NCBI GenBank assembly: GCA_043760355.1
Contig: JAYUPC010000139.1
Span: 26-64,025 of the forward strand
DNA length: 64,000 nucleotides
Direction of reading: 5' to 3'
Origin: Sphingomonadales bacterium
Lineage (GTDB): Bacteria > Pseudomonadota > Alphaproteobacteria > Sphingomonadales > Sphingomonadaceae
The notes under the pieces were generated by a model, which ran no database searches, was not told where the DNA came from, and saw only the letters and a program-made list of their open reading frames with translations. Below, one piece after another: positions 47,993-59,187 of the stretch. A program made the position numbers and the translations under genes. Each line of letters opens with the position of its first letter. Within the stretch, counting starts at the first letter, position 1.

Positions 47993-49101
47993 CAGGCGCG
48001 GTGTTCCCGGTCTTTGGCCAAGATCGCACGAAGTGCCACCATAAGTCCCTTATTCTCCTCCCCGGTACCAATCGTGATCCGCAGGGCATGGCCAAGGCCC
48101 TGATTTGGCAGATGGCGGACAACATAACCCGCCTCGACCAGCTCGCGATTGGCGATTTCGGCTGAACAATTGCCTTCGAATAGCACAAGGACGAAATTCG
48201 CAGCAGACGGCACGGCGCGCAGCCCGTGGTTGGAAAGCGACGCAACCTCCGATATCATCCAGTCACGCCATAAAGTGTTATGCGCGCGGCTCGCGTCGAC
48301 AAAGTTTTGGTCGGCAAGTGCTGCGATAGCTGCCGACTGACCAGTGGTCGTGACATTGAACGGCCCGCGTATCCGGTTAAGCGTATCGATCAAATGCGGC
48401 GCGCCGTATGCCCAGCCAATGCGTTCGGCCGCCAGCCCGTAAATCTTGGAAAAGGTGCGGGTAATCAGGACATTGTCGTGGCGGCGCGCCAGATCAAATG
48501 CGCCTGGACCGTCATCTGCGAGATATTCGCCGTATGCCTGGTCAAGGACGAGTAAGCAATCCTTGGGAAGCCCTGCATGCAGGCGTTCGATTTGATCCAC
48601 AGTCATCACGGTTCCTGTGGGGTTGTTCGGGTTTGCGAGATAGACCAAACGGGTAGCTGGAGTTACCAATGCGAGCAACGTATCCACATCGGTGCCATAA
48701 TCCTTGTCGGGTGCCATCACCACATCCGCACCAACCTTACGCGTGGCGATTTCATAGACGACGAAACCGTAATTGACGTGAATGATCTCGTCACCCTGCC
48801 CGGCATAGCCCGCCGCGATCAGGTTGAGCAGTTCATCCGACCCTGTCCCGCACACAATCTGCGCCGCTTGAAGACCGTAAGTATTGGCAAGGGCCTCGCG
48901 CAGGGCATTACTCGCCGGATCGGGATACCGGGCCATATTGGAACGCTGCGCTGCCAGTGCTTCGCTCGCTTGCGGGCTGCATCCAAGCGGATTTTCGTTA
49001 GCTGAAAGCTTGATAAGCACGCGGCCATCATCGGCTTTGGCTTTACCGGGGGTATAAGCATGGATTGCGGCGATATAGGGTTTTGGCTTTGGTATAGTCA
49101 T
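47992..49101 (-). CDS. hisC: Histidinol-phosphate aminotransferase
   Basis: KLSANENP, RYPD, NPNNPTG, DQAY, RTFSKIYGLAAERIGW; start uncertain (49101 or 49113). Confidence 0.93.
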   Translation of the reverse strand: MTIPKPKPYIAAIHAYTPGKAKADDGRVLIKLSANENPLGCSPQASEALAAQRSNMARYPDPASNALREALANTYGLQAAQIVCGTGSDELLNLIAAGYAGQGDEIIHVNYGFVVYEIATRKVGADVVMAPDKDYGTDVDTLLALVTPATRLVYLANPNNPTGTVMTVDQIERLHAGLPKDCLLVLDQAYGEYLADDGPGAFDLARRHDNVLITRTFSKIYGLAAERIGWAYGAPHLIDTLNRIRGPFNVTTTGQSAAIAALADQNFVDASRAHNTLWRDWMISEVASLSNHGLRAVPSAANFVLVLFEGNCSAEIANRELVEAGYVVRHLPNQGLGHALRITIGTGEENKGLMVALRAILAKDREHRA

Positions 49102-49179
49102 AATTGCCGACATAGCGGCGCGGGGCCAATAATCCAATAAGCTATTGTTTCGTGGGCTTGCCCTGATATGGCGTGCTTT

Positions 49180-50319
49180 ATGAGCGATGACGCACGTTTT
49201 GGATTGGATAAACGCATACAGCTGCTGGGGCCGGTGCAGTTGGACAGTGGCGCGCAATTTGCGCCGCTTGATTTTGCTTATGAAACATACGGCACACTGA
49301 ATGGGGACAAATCAAACGCTATCCTGATTTGCCATGCGCTGACCGGGGATCAATATGTCGCATCAACCCACCCAATGACAGGCAAGCCCGGATGGTGGGC
49401 GCGGCTTATTGGTGAAGGCAAACCTATCGATCCAGACCGGCATTGCGTAATCTGCGTCAACGTTATGGGCAGCTGTATGGGATCATCGGGTCCTGCGAGC
49501 AATGATCCTGCGACGGGTGCCCCATATGCCATGGATTTCCCCGTCATCACCATAACCGACATGGTGCGTGCACAGGCTATCTTGCTCGATCATTTGGGTA
49601 TTGAGACTTTGGCTGCGGTCGTCGGCGGTTCAATGGGCGGAATGCAGGCGCTCAGCTGGGCCTCGCTTTATCCCCACCGTGTGCGTTCTGCCGTGGTCAT
49701 TGCCTCAACAGCACGGCATTCGGCACAGAATATCGCCTTTCACGAGGTTGGACGGCAAGCGATCATGGCCGATCCCAATTGGCGCAGCGGGGCGTATTAT
49801 TCCTGTGGGGAAGCTCCTGCGGCCGGCCTTGCGGTGGCCCGGATGGCAGCGCATATTACCTATTTATCAGAAGCGGGCTTGACCGAAAAATTCGGTCGGC
49901 GGCTGCAAAACCGTCCAGATGGCACGCAAGGCGCGAAGACTTTCGGTTTTGATGCCGATTTCCAGGTAGAAAGCTATTTACGTTATCAGGGTTTAAGCTT
50001 TGTCGACCGGTTCGATGCCAACAGCTATCTCTATATTACGCGCGCGATGGATTATTTTGATCTTGCCGAACCCCATGACGGCGTTCTGGCAAGAGCATTT
50101 CAAGGCAGCAAGACGCGGTTCTGCTTGATCAGCTTTGACAGCGACTGGTTGTATCCTACCGCAGAATCGCGCCGCATCGTTCACGCCTTAAACGCCAGTG
50201 GTGCGGCGGCGAGTTTTGTCGAGTTATCTTCACCCTTTGGTCATGACAGCTTCCTGCTCGACGCACCGGAGATGAACCGGATTGTCGACGGATTTCTTCG
50301 TGCCGGGGAAAACGCATGA
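49180..50319 (+). CDS. metX: Homoserine O-acetyltransferase
   Basis: [15 protein letters not shown] nucleophile, [24 protein letters not shown]. Confidence 0.95.
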   Translation: MSDDARFGLDKRIQLLGPVQLDSGAQFAPLDFAYETYGTLNGDKSNAILICHALTGDQYVASTHPMTGKPGWWARLIGEGKPIDPDRHCVICVNVMGSCMGSSGPASNDPATGAPYAMDFPVITITDMVRAQAILLDHLGIETLAAVVGGSMGGMQALSWASLYPHRVRSAVVIASTARHSAQNIAFHEVGRQAIMADPNWRSGAYYSCGEAPAAGLAVARMAAHITYLSEAGLTEKFGRRLQNRPDGTQGAKTFGFDADFQVESYLRYQGLSFVDRFDANSYLYITRAMDYFDLAEPHDGVLARAFQGSKTRFCLISFDSDWLYPTAESRRIVHALNASGAAASFVELSSPFGHDSFLLDAPEMNRIVDGFLRAGENA

Positions 50320-50909
50320 CCACACTCCGCCCCGATCTTGCGATCATCGCCAATAACGTCCGAATGGGCGCGCGGGTGCTCGATGTGGGTTGCGGCGACG
50401 GCCTGTTGATGGCGGCACTGCGCGATCATAAGCGGGTTGATGCACGCGGGCTCGAACTCGACGGTGCAAATGTGTCCTTGGCGATCACACGCGGGCTAGC
50501 GGTGGTGCAGGGGGACGCCGACAGTGACTTGGCCGATTACCCCGATAACAGCTTTGACTATGCGATCCTTAGCCAGACATTGCAGACCACACGGCGGCCC
50601 GATCTTGTGCTCGACCATTTGTTGCGGATTGGCAATCAGGCGTTTGTATCTTTCCCGAATTTTGCGCAGTGGCGGATCCGCTTTGCGCATATGTTTGGTG
50701 GACGGATGCCGGTGACGCCGCAATTGCCCGACCGCTGGTATGACACGCCCAATATCCACCATGTGACAATCGACGATTTCCGCGGGTTTCTTAAAGACCG
50801 CCAAATTGTGATCGAGGGTGAATGGTTCTTATCCGGCAATAAACCGCGCAAAGGCGGCATGGCTAATTTGCTCGCACAGCACGCGGTGTTTTTGCTCAGA
50901 AAAGCCTAG
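50316..50909 (+). CDS. metW: Methionine biosynthesis protein MetW
   Basis: [29 protein letters not shown]; ATGA overlap with metX. Confidence 0.93.
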   Translation: MTTLRPDLAIIANNVRMGARVLDVGCGDGLLMAALRDHKRVDARGLELDGANVSLAITRGLAVVQGDADSDLADYPDNSFDYAILSQTLQTTRRPDLVLDHLLRIGNQAFVSFPNFAQWRIRFAHMFGGRMPVTPQLPDRWYDTPNIHHVTIDDFRGFLKDRQIVIEGEWFLSGNKPRKGGMANLLAQHAVFLLRKA

Positions 50910-50918
50910 GGTCAGGAC

Positions 50919-51617
50919 CTAGGTAACTATTGCCTTGGCAATCGCGTTAATCGCCTCTGGCCGGGCGACAAAGGCCATATGCGTGCAGTCCAGTTCGTGC
51001 TGGACATCTGATTCGCCGGGCAGGCCACATGCCGACTGCGAAGCGACTACGCCGTCACGAGCCGACCAGAAAGCGATCGTGGGCACAGGCGGTTTTTCGC
51101 CGAGCACCATATCAATTGGCGGATTATCTATCTTATAGCCCGCCACAAATTCATACAGCCGCCACGCATTATTACAGCGGAGATCACCCGAAAACGGGCT
51201 GCCCAAAGTAATCACTTTAGCGACGCGGTGCGGGGCATGCTTGGCATATTCGCGCGCGATCAAGCCGCCAAGGCTCCACCCGACCAGAGTGATCGGCCCA
51301 TCACCACCAATGGCATCAAGCCGTGCGTCCAGCTTTTCAAATATATCCGCTGCAACCCCGGTATTGCGGCCAAGCGCCCAGCCAAAGCTTTCAAAGCCTG
51401 AAGCGTTTAGCGAATTACGCAACCGCGATGTCGCAACATCGGAAGCCATAAAGCCCGGAATAACCAAAACGCGCTGTCCGTTGCCGCGTTGGGTGACTGG
51501 CGTGACCGTGCCAAAGCTCGCGGTCAGCCGCATATAGGCATAAGACACACCCTCTCGTACCAACAGACGCAGTGGCGGCGGGGAATAGGATCGGGGTGCA
51601 GGAAACGCAAAAGCCAT
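50919..51617 (-). CDS. Alpha/beta hydrolase (esterase/lipase-like)
   Basis: VIPGF, GWSLGG nucleophile elbow, ITLGSP, DGVV, CTHMAF. Confidence 0.85.
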   Translation of the reverse strand: MAFAFPAPRSYSPPPLRLLVREGVSYAYMRLTASFGTVTPVTQRGNGQRVLVIPGFMASDVATSRLRNSLNASGFESFGWALGRNTGVAADIFEKLDARLDAIGGDGPITLVGWSLGGLIAREYAKHAPHRVAKVITLGSPFSGDLRCNNAWRLYEFVAGYKIDNPPIDMVLGEKPPVPTIAFWSARDGVVASQSACGLPGESDVQHELDCTHMAFVARPEAINAIAKAIVT

Positions 51618-51734
51618 GCCCCCATATATACGCAGATCACATTTATGAAAGATTTATGACCGGATGATTGCAATTTTGAGAGCGATTTCCAGTAAGATCA
51701 AATAATCCGGCGGTTAAGAAATCGCGGCAAAAAA

Positions 51735-52649
51735 CTATTCGAAAGCTGACGGCGCTTTGTCGGGCGTTGTTGTGGTTAGACCAGGGCTGATTGCCGCTTC
51801 AGGCGCAGCTTGTGCAGCGGTGGGCTGTGCTGGTGCTGACGCAAGCGGTGCGGCGGAGACCATAATCGCGGCGCGTTCAATGCTGTCCAGTGCTTTGCGC
51901 GCCGCCACATAATGACGTGCCTTGATTAGCCAGTTTTTGGCAAGGGATGCACCCGGCATCGTCTGTACCTCGGCTATCGCCCCCGCAATATTGCCTGCAT
52001 CTGCCGCTGCTTTGGCGCGCTTTAACTTCTGTGTGGGGGCTGGAGAGGGCGTACCTTCTTTGCGCAGGACAATCAGCTCGCCAAATTCGCGATGCACCGT
52101 TTCCCATACGCCACCGCCGTTTTTGGTTGTCAGGCTGCTACCCAACGTACCCAGTTCGCCTTGTAAGCCAGAAAGCGTGACCTGCTGTGCCGACGAACTG
52201 ATGATCGTTGCCACGGCTTGCGGTTGTGACCCGCCAAAGCGCAACCGCAACTGATCTTCGATATAACCAAGTGGTGCGCCGCTATCAAGGGCACGTCGCG
52301 CCGCAAAAGCAATGAGCATACCCTCGGCACGGGTCGCATTGCCAGAAGCCGCAGCGGCATCTGCATTGATCTGTGACATGCGCCCTTCAAGTGCACTGAC
52401 TTGGCTGGTTGGTGCATCAATAGGCGCTAAAGCAGGGATAGGCGCGGAGGACGCAATAATTGGCGCGCTTTGGCTTGCAACAGGCACAGCAACGGGTGCA
52501 GCTTTACCATAGCCGAACAGGCTGTAATGATTAACCGCCCAACCCGCCAAAACTGCACCGCCGACAAAAGCGATCAGCAACAGGATCAGGATATACCTGA
52601 ATTTAAGGCCAGATTGTCTAGCATTCGCATTGTTAGAAGTATCGACCAT
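51735..52649 (-). CDS. Probable alphaproteobacterial Mic60/mitofilin-domain protein (COG4223-like)
   Basis: Single N-terminal TM, helical middle, C-terminal AKAAADAGNIAGAIAEV...WLIKAR...AL motif; directly after hemC-hemD. Confidence 0.65.
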   Translation of the reverse strand: MVDTSNNANARQSGLKFRYILILLLIAFVGGAVLAGWAVNHYSLFGYGKAAPVAVPVASQSAPIIASSAPIPALAPIDAPTSQVSALEGRMSQINADAAAASGNATRAEGMLIAFAARRALDSGAPLGYIEDQLRLRFGGSQPQAVATIISSSAQQVTLSGLQGELGTLGSSLTTKNGGGVWETVHREFGELIVLRKEGTPSPAPTQKLKRAKAAADAGNIAGAIAEVQTMPGASLAKNWLIKARHYVAARKALDSIERAAIMVSAAPLASAPAQPTAAQAAPEAAISPGLTTTTPDKAPSAFE

Positions 52650-52671
52650 AAGTTCCCGTTCCCTAATATCG

Positions 52672-53367
52672 TTATGGGTCGCTGTGCGCGTTTGTAAAGA
52701 AACTTAACGCGGACGACAACAGTGCGTTGTCATTCAGGCGGCCTGCCACGCTAACGGCGCACCATCCGCCCCCGGCTGCTTGCGCGATATCCGCAGACAA
52801 AGCGACGATCGATTGCCGGGCTTTGTCGATAGCAAGGTCGCCGCAAACCTGATTGAATGTGCGCGCCGCACGCGTTGAATGGAGCGCCGTAACTGCAGGA
52901 GTATTCAACGCCGCTGCCAAAGCATCGGATGGTGGCAGCACACAGGACTCGTAAACAACGACGCAATCAACCTTCAGAGGCGCAGGCGGCGTAACCGCCA
53001 TATGATCCGCACCAGCCAGCCACAGGATATTATGCAACCCCTGCGTTTCCGGCATTTCCAGCAGCTCGGCAACCCCGGAATTGCCTGTCGCAGCAATCTT
53101 GAAACCATGTGTTTTGGCGTGTTCGGCGGTTGCCTCTCCTACGGCTAGTACAGGCAAGTTACGCAGTTGTTCTAAAGCCGGACCACCATAAGTCAGGGCA
53201 TTTGCACTCGTTATCATCAGCGCATCATAATCCCGGATTGCCGGCAAAGCCCATTCCACCGGCCTGACCTCAAACAAAGGCGCTACTATCGTTGCAATCC
53301 CCAAAGTTGCGGCCCGGTTCGCCGTTGCATCTGCCCCTGGTTGCGGACGGATGATGATCAGCCTCAT
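52672..53367 (-). CDS. hemD: Uroporphyrinogen-III synthase
   Basis: IRPQPGA, ITSANA, AVGEATA, VVYES, LHSTRAA. Confidence 0.9.
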   Translation of the reverse strand: MRLIIIRPQPGADATANRAATLGIATIVAPLFEVRPVEWALPAIRDYDALMITSANALTYGGPALEQLRNLPVLAVGEATAEHAKTHGFKIAATGNSGVAELLEMPETQGLHNILWLAGADHMAVTPPAPLKVDCVVVYESCVLPPSDALAAALNTPAVTALHSTRAARTFNQVCGDLAIDKARQSIVALSADIAQAAGGGWCAVSVAGRLNDNALLSSALSFFTNAHSDP

Positions 53368-54305
53368 GGTTGAAACAGCGCCCGTAATTCGGGGCTGGCA
53401 TTAGAAAGTAAAGTCGCTGCCAACCTAGCTGGCGCTTGCATGTCCCCGATAGCAAAGCGGATTTCTCCCAGCTGCCGTTCGCTGCCATCCGCGCGTAATA
53501 TTTCGGCGCGCAGATGGATGTTGTCGCCCTCGATAATGGCAAAAGCTGCGACAGGCGAATGGCAATTGCCGCTTATGCTCTCCAAAAATGCACGCTCGGC
53601 CATTACGGCGGCAAATGTCGGCCTATCGTTGATCGCATCTAACATCGCGGCCAGATCCTGTCGGATCGCCAATATATCGATACCAATTGCACCCTGTGAA
53701 GCGGCGGGTAGCATTTCATGCGTCTCAATTGTGGTACCAATGTTGTTCATGTCCAAACGGTCGAGACCGGCGGCCGCGAGCAAGGTTGCGTCTGCCACGC
53801 CTGCCTCGATTTGTGCCAACCGGGTGTTCACATTGCCACGGAATTGCACGATATCGAGATCGGGCCGCAGCATTAGCATCTGTGCCGCGCGTCTGGGGCT
53901 GGAGGTACCGACCCTTGCGCCCTTGGGCAGGGCCGCAATCGAATGCGCGCCCACCAGCCGGTCGCGCACATCAGCGCGGGGCAGCATTGCTGTAATCTGA
54001 AAGATACCGGGACGGACGGTTTCGACATCCTTCATCGAATGCACTGCCAAATCGACATCATCATCAACAAGCGCGCGTTCGAGTTCCTTGGTCCACAGCG
54101 CTTTACCGCCGATTTCGGCCAAGGGGCGATCCTGAATTTTGTCACCGCTTGCGAGCATCGGCACCAGAATGACCGATGCTTGCTCAAGGCCCAGAGCAAC
54201 ACGGATGGCCGCTGCTGCCATCTCCGCCTGTGCAAGCGCGAGCGGAGAACGGCGCGTGCCGACGCGAAGGGGATTACCGGGTGTGAAAACGGGTTGTGAA
54301 CTCAT
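53364..54305 (-). CDS. hemC: Hydroxymethylbilane synthase
   Basis: GTRRSPLALAQ, GGKALWTKE, AVHSMKD, GTSSPRR, RGNVNTR, LAAAGLDR. Confidence 0.96.
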   Translation of the reverse strand: MSSQPVFTPGNPLRVGTRRSPLALAQAEMAAAAIRVALGLEQASVILVPMLASGDKIQDRPLAEIGGKALWTKELERALVDDDVDLAVHSMKDVETVRPGIFQITAMLPRADVRDRLVGAHSIAALPKGARVGTSSPRRAAQMLMLRPDLDIVQFRGNVNTRLAQIEAGVADATLLAAAGLDRLDMNNIGTTIETHEMLPAASQGAIGIDILAIRQDLAAMLDAINDRPTFAAVMAERAFLESISGNCHSPVAAFAIIEGDNIHLRAEILRADGSERQLGEIRFAIGDMQAPARLAATLLSNASPELRALFQP

Positions 54306-54347
54306 GCAGCTTGTCCATAGCGTCCCCCGCGCTTATGGGAAAGCGCT

Positions 54348-55382
54348 ATGGTACTCATTCTCGGTCTTGAATCCAGTTGCGACGAAACGGCGGCTTCGGT
54401 TGTGCGGTCCGACCGCACGATATTATCGCACGCGCTTGCAGGACAAGAGGATCATCACCGCGCTTTTGGTGGGGTAGTTCCCGAGATTGCGGCGCGCGCA
54501 CACAGCGAGTTGATGATGCCGCTGGTTGAAACCGCGCTTAAGGATGCCGGGCTTGGCTTGGATGATATTGACGCGATCGCGGCCACCGCTGGCCCTGGCC
54601 TGATCGGCGGGGTGATGGTCGGGCTGGTAACGGCAAAGGCGCTCGCGATGGCATCGGGCAAGCCACTCATTGCGGTCAACCATCTGGAGGGGCATGCGCT
54701 TTCACCGCGTCTGGTGGATAGCGAATTGCAGTTTCCGTATCTCTTGCTACTCGTTTCAGGCGGCCATTGCCAGCTGCTGCGTGTGGGCGGTGTGGGCGAT
54801 TATACCCGGCTGGCAACCACGATTGACGATGCAGTGGGCGAGGCATTTGACAAGACAGCTAAGATATTGGGTCTGGGTTTTCCAGGCGGTCCGGCGGTCG
54901 AGCGTGCAGCTAAGTTGGGCGATGCCAAAGCCGTACCCCTGCCGCGCCCCTTAAAAGGAGCAGACGAACCGCATTTCTCCTTTGCGGGTCTTAAAAGTGC
55001 TGTCCTTCGGGCGCATGAAACTGGCCGGTATAACGCGGACGATATCGCTGCATCGTTTCAGGCGGCGGTTGTTGATTGCCTCAAAGACCGTCTGGAATAT
55101 AGCCTTTCACGTATGGACCGAGTTCCGGCTTTGGTTGTTGCGGGCGGCGTTGCGGCTAACATGGCGATCCGTGAAATGCTGGAGGAACTCGCGTCCAACC
55201 ACAATATGCGCTTTGTTGCTCCTCCGCTTTGGCTGTGCACCGATAACGGCGCGATGATCGCATGGGCAGGGGCAGAGCGCTTTGCCGCTGGCCTGACCGA
55301 CGGCCTTGATTTTGTTGCCAGACCGCGCTGGCCACTCGATGCGGATGCAGTTCCGGCACGCGGCGCAGGCGTAAAGGCATGA
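54348..55382 (+). CDS. tsaD: tRNA N6-adenosine threonylcarbamoyltransferase
   Basis: [51 protein letters not shown]. Confidence 0.96.
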   Translation: MVLILGLESSCDETAASVVRSDRTILSHALAGQEDHHRAFGGVVPEIAARAHSELMMPLVETALKDAGLGLDDIDAIAATAGPGLIGGVMVGLVTAKALAMASGKPLIAVNHLEGHALSPRLVDSELQFPYLLLLVSGGHCQLLRVGGVGDYTRLATTIDDAVGEAFDKTAKILGLGFPGGPAVERAAKLGDAKAVPLPRPLKGADEPHFSFAGLKSAVLRAHETGRYNADDIAASFQAAVVDCLKDRLEYSLSRMDRVPALVVAGGVAANMAIREMLEELASNHNMRFVAPPLWLCTDNGAMIAWAGAERFAAGLTDGLDFVARPRWPLDADAVPARGAGVKA

Positions 55383-56362
55383 ACTATCCGGTCGGGATTA
55401 TCGGCGGCGGGGCATGGGGTACCGCACTTGCTGCGGTGATGGCGCAGGTTCACGGGCATGCGCTGATCTGGGCGCGCGAGAGCGAAGTCGTGGACGCGAT
55501 AAACGAAACCCATGAAAACACGGTTTTCTTGCCCAAGATCGCACTCGCGCAAAGTATTAAAGCAACGTCCGACCTTGCCGATATGGCCGATTGCAGTGCG
55601 CTACTCTTGGTGACCCCCGCGCAACATTTGCGCGCCACGCTGTTGGCGCTGCCCGATACCAACGCGCCGCTTATTCTGTGCGCAAAGGGGATCGAGGCCA
55701 AAACACAGTATCTGATGTGCGAAATTGCGCAAGAAGTCCGCCCTGATAATTCCGTAGCCATTTTATCCGGGCCTACCTTTGCCCATGAAGTGGCGGCGGG
55801 AAAGCCGACCGCCATAACCCTTGCGGCCAAGGATGAAGCTCTCGGCAAATCGCTGCTTACCCAAATTGCCGCACCGCATTTCAGGCCTTATTGGACCGAT
55901 GATGTGATCGGCGCTGAAATTGGCGGTGCGGTTAAAAATGTGCTCGCCATTGGCTGCGGCGTTGTCGATGGCGCAGGGCTTGGACTTAATGCGCGCGCCG
56001 CGCTGATCGCGCGCGGATTTGCAGAGATGCAGCGTTTTGGTTTGGCAAAGGGCGGCAAGCCTGAAACGCTTGCAGGGTTATCGGGACTGGGCGATCTGGT
56101 TCTCACCTGCTCATCGGAAAATTCGCGTAACTTTTCATTGGGGCGGGGTTTGGGTCAGGGCAAATCTGCCGTCGCCTTGTTGGCTGACCGTAACAGCGTG
56201 GCCGAGGGCGCCTATACTGCACCCGTATTGCTGCAATCGGCACAAACGCTTGGAGTTGACATGCCCATCGTGGCTGCTGTTTGCAGCCTTCTTGACGGAA
56301 CAGCGCGTGTTGACGAAGCTGTCCAAAGCCTGCTTGCCCGGCCCTTAAAGGCCGAAAGGTGA
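55379..56362 (+). CDS. gpsA: NAD(P)H-dependent glycerol-3-phosphate dehydrogenase
   Basis: [35 protein letters not shown]. Confidence 0.96.
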   Translation: MNYPVGIIGGGAWGTALAAVMAQVHGHALIWARESEVVDAINETHENTVFLPKIALAQSIKATSDLADMADCSALLLVTPAQHLRATLLALPDTNAPLILCAKGIEAKTQYLMCEIAQEVRPDNSVAILSGPTFAHEVAAGKPTAITLAAKDEALGKSLLTQIAAPHFRPYWTDDVIGAEIGGAVKNVLAIGCGVVDGAGLGLNARAALIARGFAEMQRFGLAKGGKPETLAGLSGLGDLVLTCSSENSRNFSLGRGLGQGKSAVALLADRNSVAEGAYTAPVLLQSAQTLGVDMPIVAAVCSLLDGTARVDEAVQSLLARPLKAER

Positions 56363-56414
56363 CAAAGCATATTGTTGTGCTAAGTTCGCGTGCACATAAC
56401 TGGCGGGGGCAGTA

Positions 56415-57926
56415 TTGAGCGCATCTGAACTCCAAGATAACGGCGATATTGCTGCGCTGGCCAAGGGCGGGCGGACCAATGTGTTCGGGTTTTTGCTCCG
56501 GCTAGCGGCGCGTATCCCGTTCCTGTTTGTTGCCGGACGGCTTTACGGGCCAGAGGCGCTTGGCCGCTTTGCCTATGCTTTATTGATCGTTGAATTTGTC
56601 GCTCAATTAGCGACGATGGGGCTGAGGCGCGGGCTTGCCGAGATCCTGTCACGCGAAGAAAAACCGCAATCCCATGTTGTCGCCGATGCCTTTTTACTCT
56701 GCATATTGGCATCGTCGATTGGTGCCGCTTTGCTAATTGCGCTGCCCCAGATTATGTTTCCAAACAGCGCTATCAATGGCCTTGACCGGTTTTTGCCGCT
56801 GGTGATTTTTGCCATTGTGATGACCGATATTGCGCTTTCTGCATTGGCGTACCGCTTTGATATTGCCTCCAGCGTGCGTGCCCGTGCGATTGTTGAACCC
56901 TGGACGATCAGCATCGGTGCGGCCGTGCTTTATTTCTATTCGGCTCGCGACGGCCTGATCCTGTCCTATGTGGCGTCCATCATGGCAGCATTGCTGTTTG
57001 CGCTGTGGCCGCTTTTAAGAAGTTACGGGCTGCCCCGTGGCTGGCGACCTGATCCGGTTGAGTTAATCGCCGTGGCGCGCCGCAATTTGCCGCTTGCCGC
57101 CGCTGATGCCGCTGAATGGGGTAGCAGGCGGCTTGATCTTGCCATCCTTGGCCTGTTTGCAAGCCCGGCTGTTGTTGGTATCTATTATGTCGCACAACAG
57201 GTGGCGAGCCTTCCACAAAAACTGAAAACCAGTTTCGATCCCATTTTAGGCCCGGTCATAACCCGCAATCTACAGTCCAAAAACTATGGCGAAATCGCCC
57301 GGCAAGTCGGTCAGGTCGGCTTCTGGATTATCGCGGCGCAAGCCGGAATTGCCTTGGCACTGGGGATTCCGGGTGAAGGCGTGATGGGATTGGTTGGTCC
57401 GGAATTTGTGGGCGGCACTGGCGCCCTGGGCTTTCTGCTCGCTGCCGAGGTTGCCGCAGCAACGGCAGTGGTTAGCGAATCGGTGCTCATTTATATGGCG
57501 CGACACCGCAATTTGCTGATTTCCCTGTCGATGCTCGCGTTGCAGGCAGTGTTAAGTGTGGGCCTGATAAAGGCGGTCAATCTGTTGCCATTGCAGCCTA
57601 CAGCACACGGGTTGTTTCAAGCTGCTGCTGTCGCAATGGCGTTGATGCTCTCGCTAGGCGTATCTTCGGTGATTAAATCGCGGCTTTTGGCACGACTGCT
57701 AAGTGCGCCCATCACCATCTGGCGCTGGGCCCTCGCCATCGCCGTTGCTGTTGCCACAATTGTTGGCGTCGGTTTTACGTATTTGCCCGAATGGACCCAA
57801 CTAATACTGGGTATTCCAACTATATTAGCGGTCTATGGCTGGATCATCTGGACCAAAGGATTTGGCACGGAAGACCGGGTATTATTCCGCAAGGATAAAG
57901 GCAACCAGGTTTCACAAACAGAATAG
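56415..57926 (+). CDS. Polysaccharide flippase-like (Wzx/MOP family) membrane protein
   Basis: About 12-14 hydrophobic segments; RRLDLAILG and VVGIYYVAQQVA resemble Wzx/RfbX motifs. Confidence 0.75.
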   Translation: MSASELQDNGDIAALAKGGRTNVFGFLLRLAARIPFLFVAGRLYGPEALGRFAYALLIVEFVAQLATMGLRRGLAEILSREEKPQSHVVADAFLLCILASSIGAALLIALPQIMFPNSAINGLDRFLPLVIFAIVMTDIALSALAYRFDIASSVRARAIVEPWTISIGAAVLYFYSARDGLILSYVASIMAALLFALWPLLRSYGLPRGWRPDPVELIAVARRNLPLAAADAAEWGSRRLDLAILGLFASPAVVGIYYVAQQVASLPQKLKTSFDPILGPVITRNLQSKNYGEIARQVGQVGFWIIAAQAGIALALGIPGEGVMGLVGPEFVGGTGALGFLLAAEVAAATAVVSESVLIYMARHRNLLISLSMLALQAVLSVGLIKAVNLLPLQPTAHGLFQAAAVAMALMLSLGVSSVIKSRLLARLLSAPITIWRWALAIAVAVATIVGVGFTYLPEWTQLILGIPTILAVYGWIIWTKGFGTEDRVLFRKDKGNQVSQTE

Positions 57927-58071
57927 TTGTAATGTAGGATCTCATTTGGCAGCATGAGTTTAGCTCTTTGAAATGTCTACACTGATCGCTTTGTCGCGCA
58001 AAAAATGTTGGATTTATATCCTACATTCAAACCCTGATTTAGGTGTGAACTTGGACCGGTTTCTGTGGGTT

Positions 58072-59082
58072 TTATCCCAAACGTGCCGCAACCAGTGCTG
58101 CGATATCTGCTTCTGGTCGTGCGCCGTAATGCGAGATAACTTCGGCTGCACAAACCGCGCCCATGGTTAGGCAATCGGCAATCGGACGTCCTTCGCTAAG
58201 CCCAGCCAGCACGCCGGCTGCAAACAAATCACCCGCCCCTGTGGTATCGACCAGCCGCGTTACCGGCTCAGCCAACACTTCTGAACGCACACCTTCCTGA
58301 ATGGCAATCGCACCCGCCGCACCCTTGGTCACGACAAGCAAGGGCACTTTTGCTGCTGATGCTGCAACCGAGTTTTCAAAATCATCATTGTGATTGAGCG
58401 AGCAAATTTCGGTTTCATTGGCGAACAGGATATCGATCATTCCTTCGTCCATCAGTGCGAGGAAATCATCGCGGTGGCGGTCAATGACGAAAGCATCAGA
58501 GAGCGTGAAGGCGACCTTGCGCCCAGCTTCCTTGGCATGGCCAATGGCCGCACGCATCGCGGCACGGGGTTCAGCCGGATCCCATAAATAGCCTTCGAGA
58601 TACAGGATCGCGGCGCTTTGGATCAGGTTTTTGTCGATCAGATCGGCTGCTAAAAACTGTGACGCGCCCAAAAACGTGTTCATCGTGCGCTGTGCATCGG
58701 GTGTCACCAGGATCAGGCAGCGTGCGGTTGGTGGTTCGCTCGCCCGTGGCGGTATATCGAAATCAATCCCAGTTGCACGGATGTCATGTGCGAACACTTC
58801 GCCGAGTTGATCGTCGGCTACTTGCCCGATAAAGGCACAGTTGCGTTGCAACATCGACAGCCCGGCAAGGGTATTGGCCGCCGAACCGCCGCTAATTTCG
58901 CGGGCCGGACCCATGGCACCGTAAAGCTGGTGCGCGCGGTCGGCATCGATCAACTGCATCCCACCCTTGGTCAGCTGCTCTTCTTCAATAAACGCGTCAT
59001 CGGTTTCGGCAATGACATCGACAATAGCATTGCCAATGGCAAGGACATCATAGCGGGTTTCGGCAAAAGCATTTTGTGACAT
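58072..59082 (-). CDS. PfkB family carbohydrate/adenosine kinase
   Basis: IGNAIVDV, GGSAANT, YLEGYLWD, FANE, DTTGAGDLFAAG. Confidence 0.92.
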   Translation of the reverse strand: MSQNAFAETRYDVLAIGNAIVDVIAETDDAFIEEEQLTKGGMQLIDADRAHQLYGAMGPAREISGGSAANTLAGLSMLQRNCAFIGQVADDQLGEVFAHDIRATGIDFDIPPRASEPPTARCLILVTPDAQRTMNTFLGASQFLAADLIDKNLIQSAAILYLEGYLWDPAEPRAAMRAAIGHAKEAGRKVAFTLSDAFVIDRHRDDFLALMDEGMIDILFANETEICSLNHNDDFENSVAASAAKVPLLVVTKGAAGAIAIQEGVRSEVLAEPVTRLVDTTGAGDLFAAGVLAGLSEGRPIADCLTMGAVCAAEVISHYGARPEADIAALVAARLG

Positions 59083-59187
59083 AGAGGAAATTCCTTACAC
59101 GGTTCGCCGCGCCCTAATCGGGGAATAGCGGCGGGGCAAGTAGATATGGCGATTGACGTCACTTGCCGGGCATAAGATAAGCTCTTT

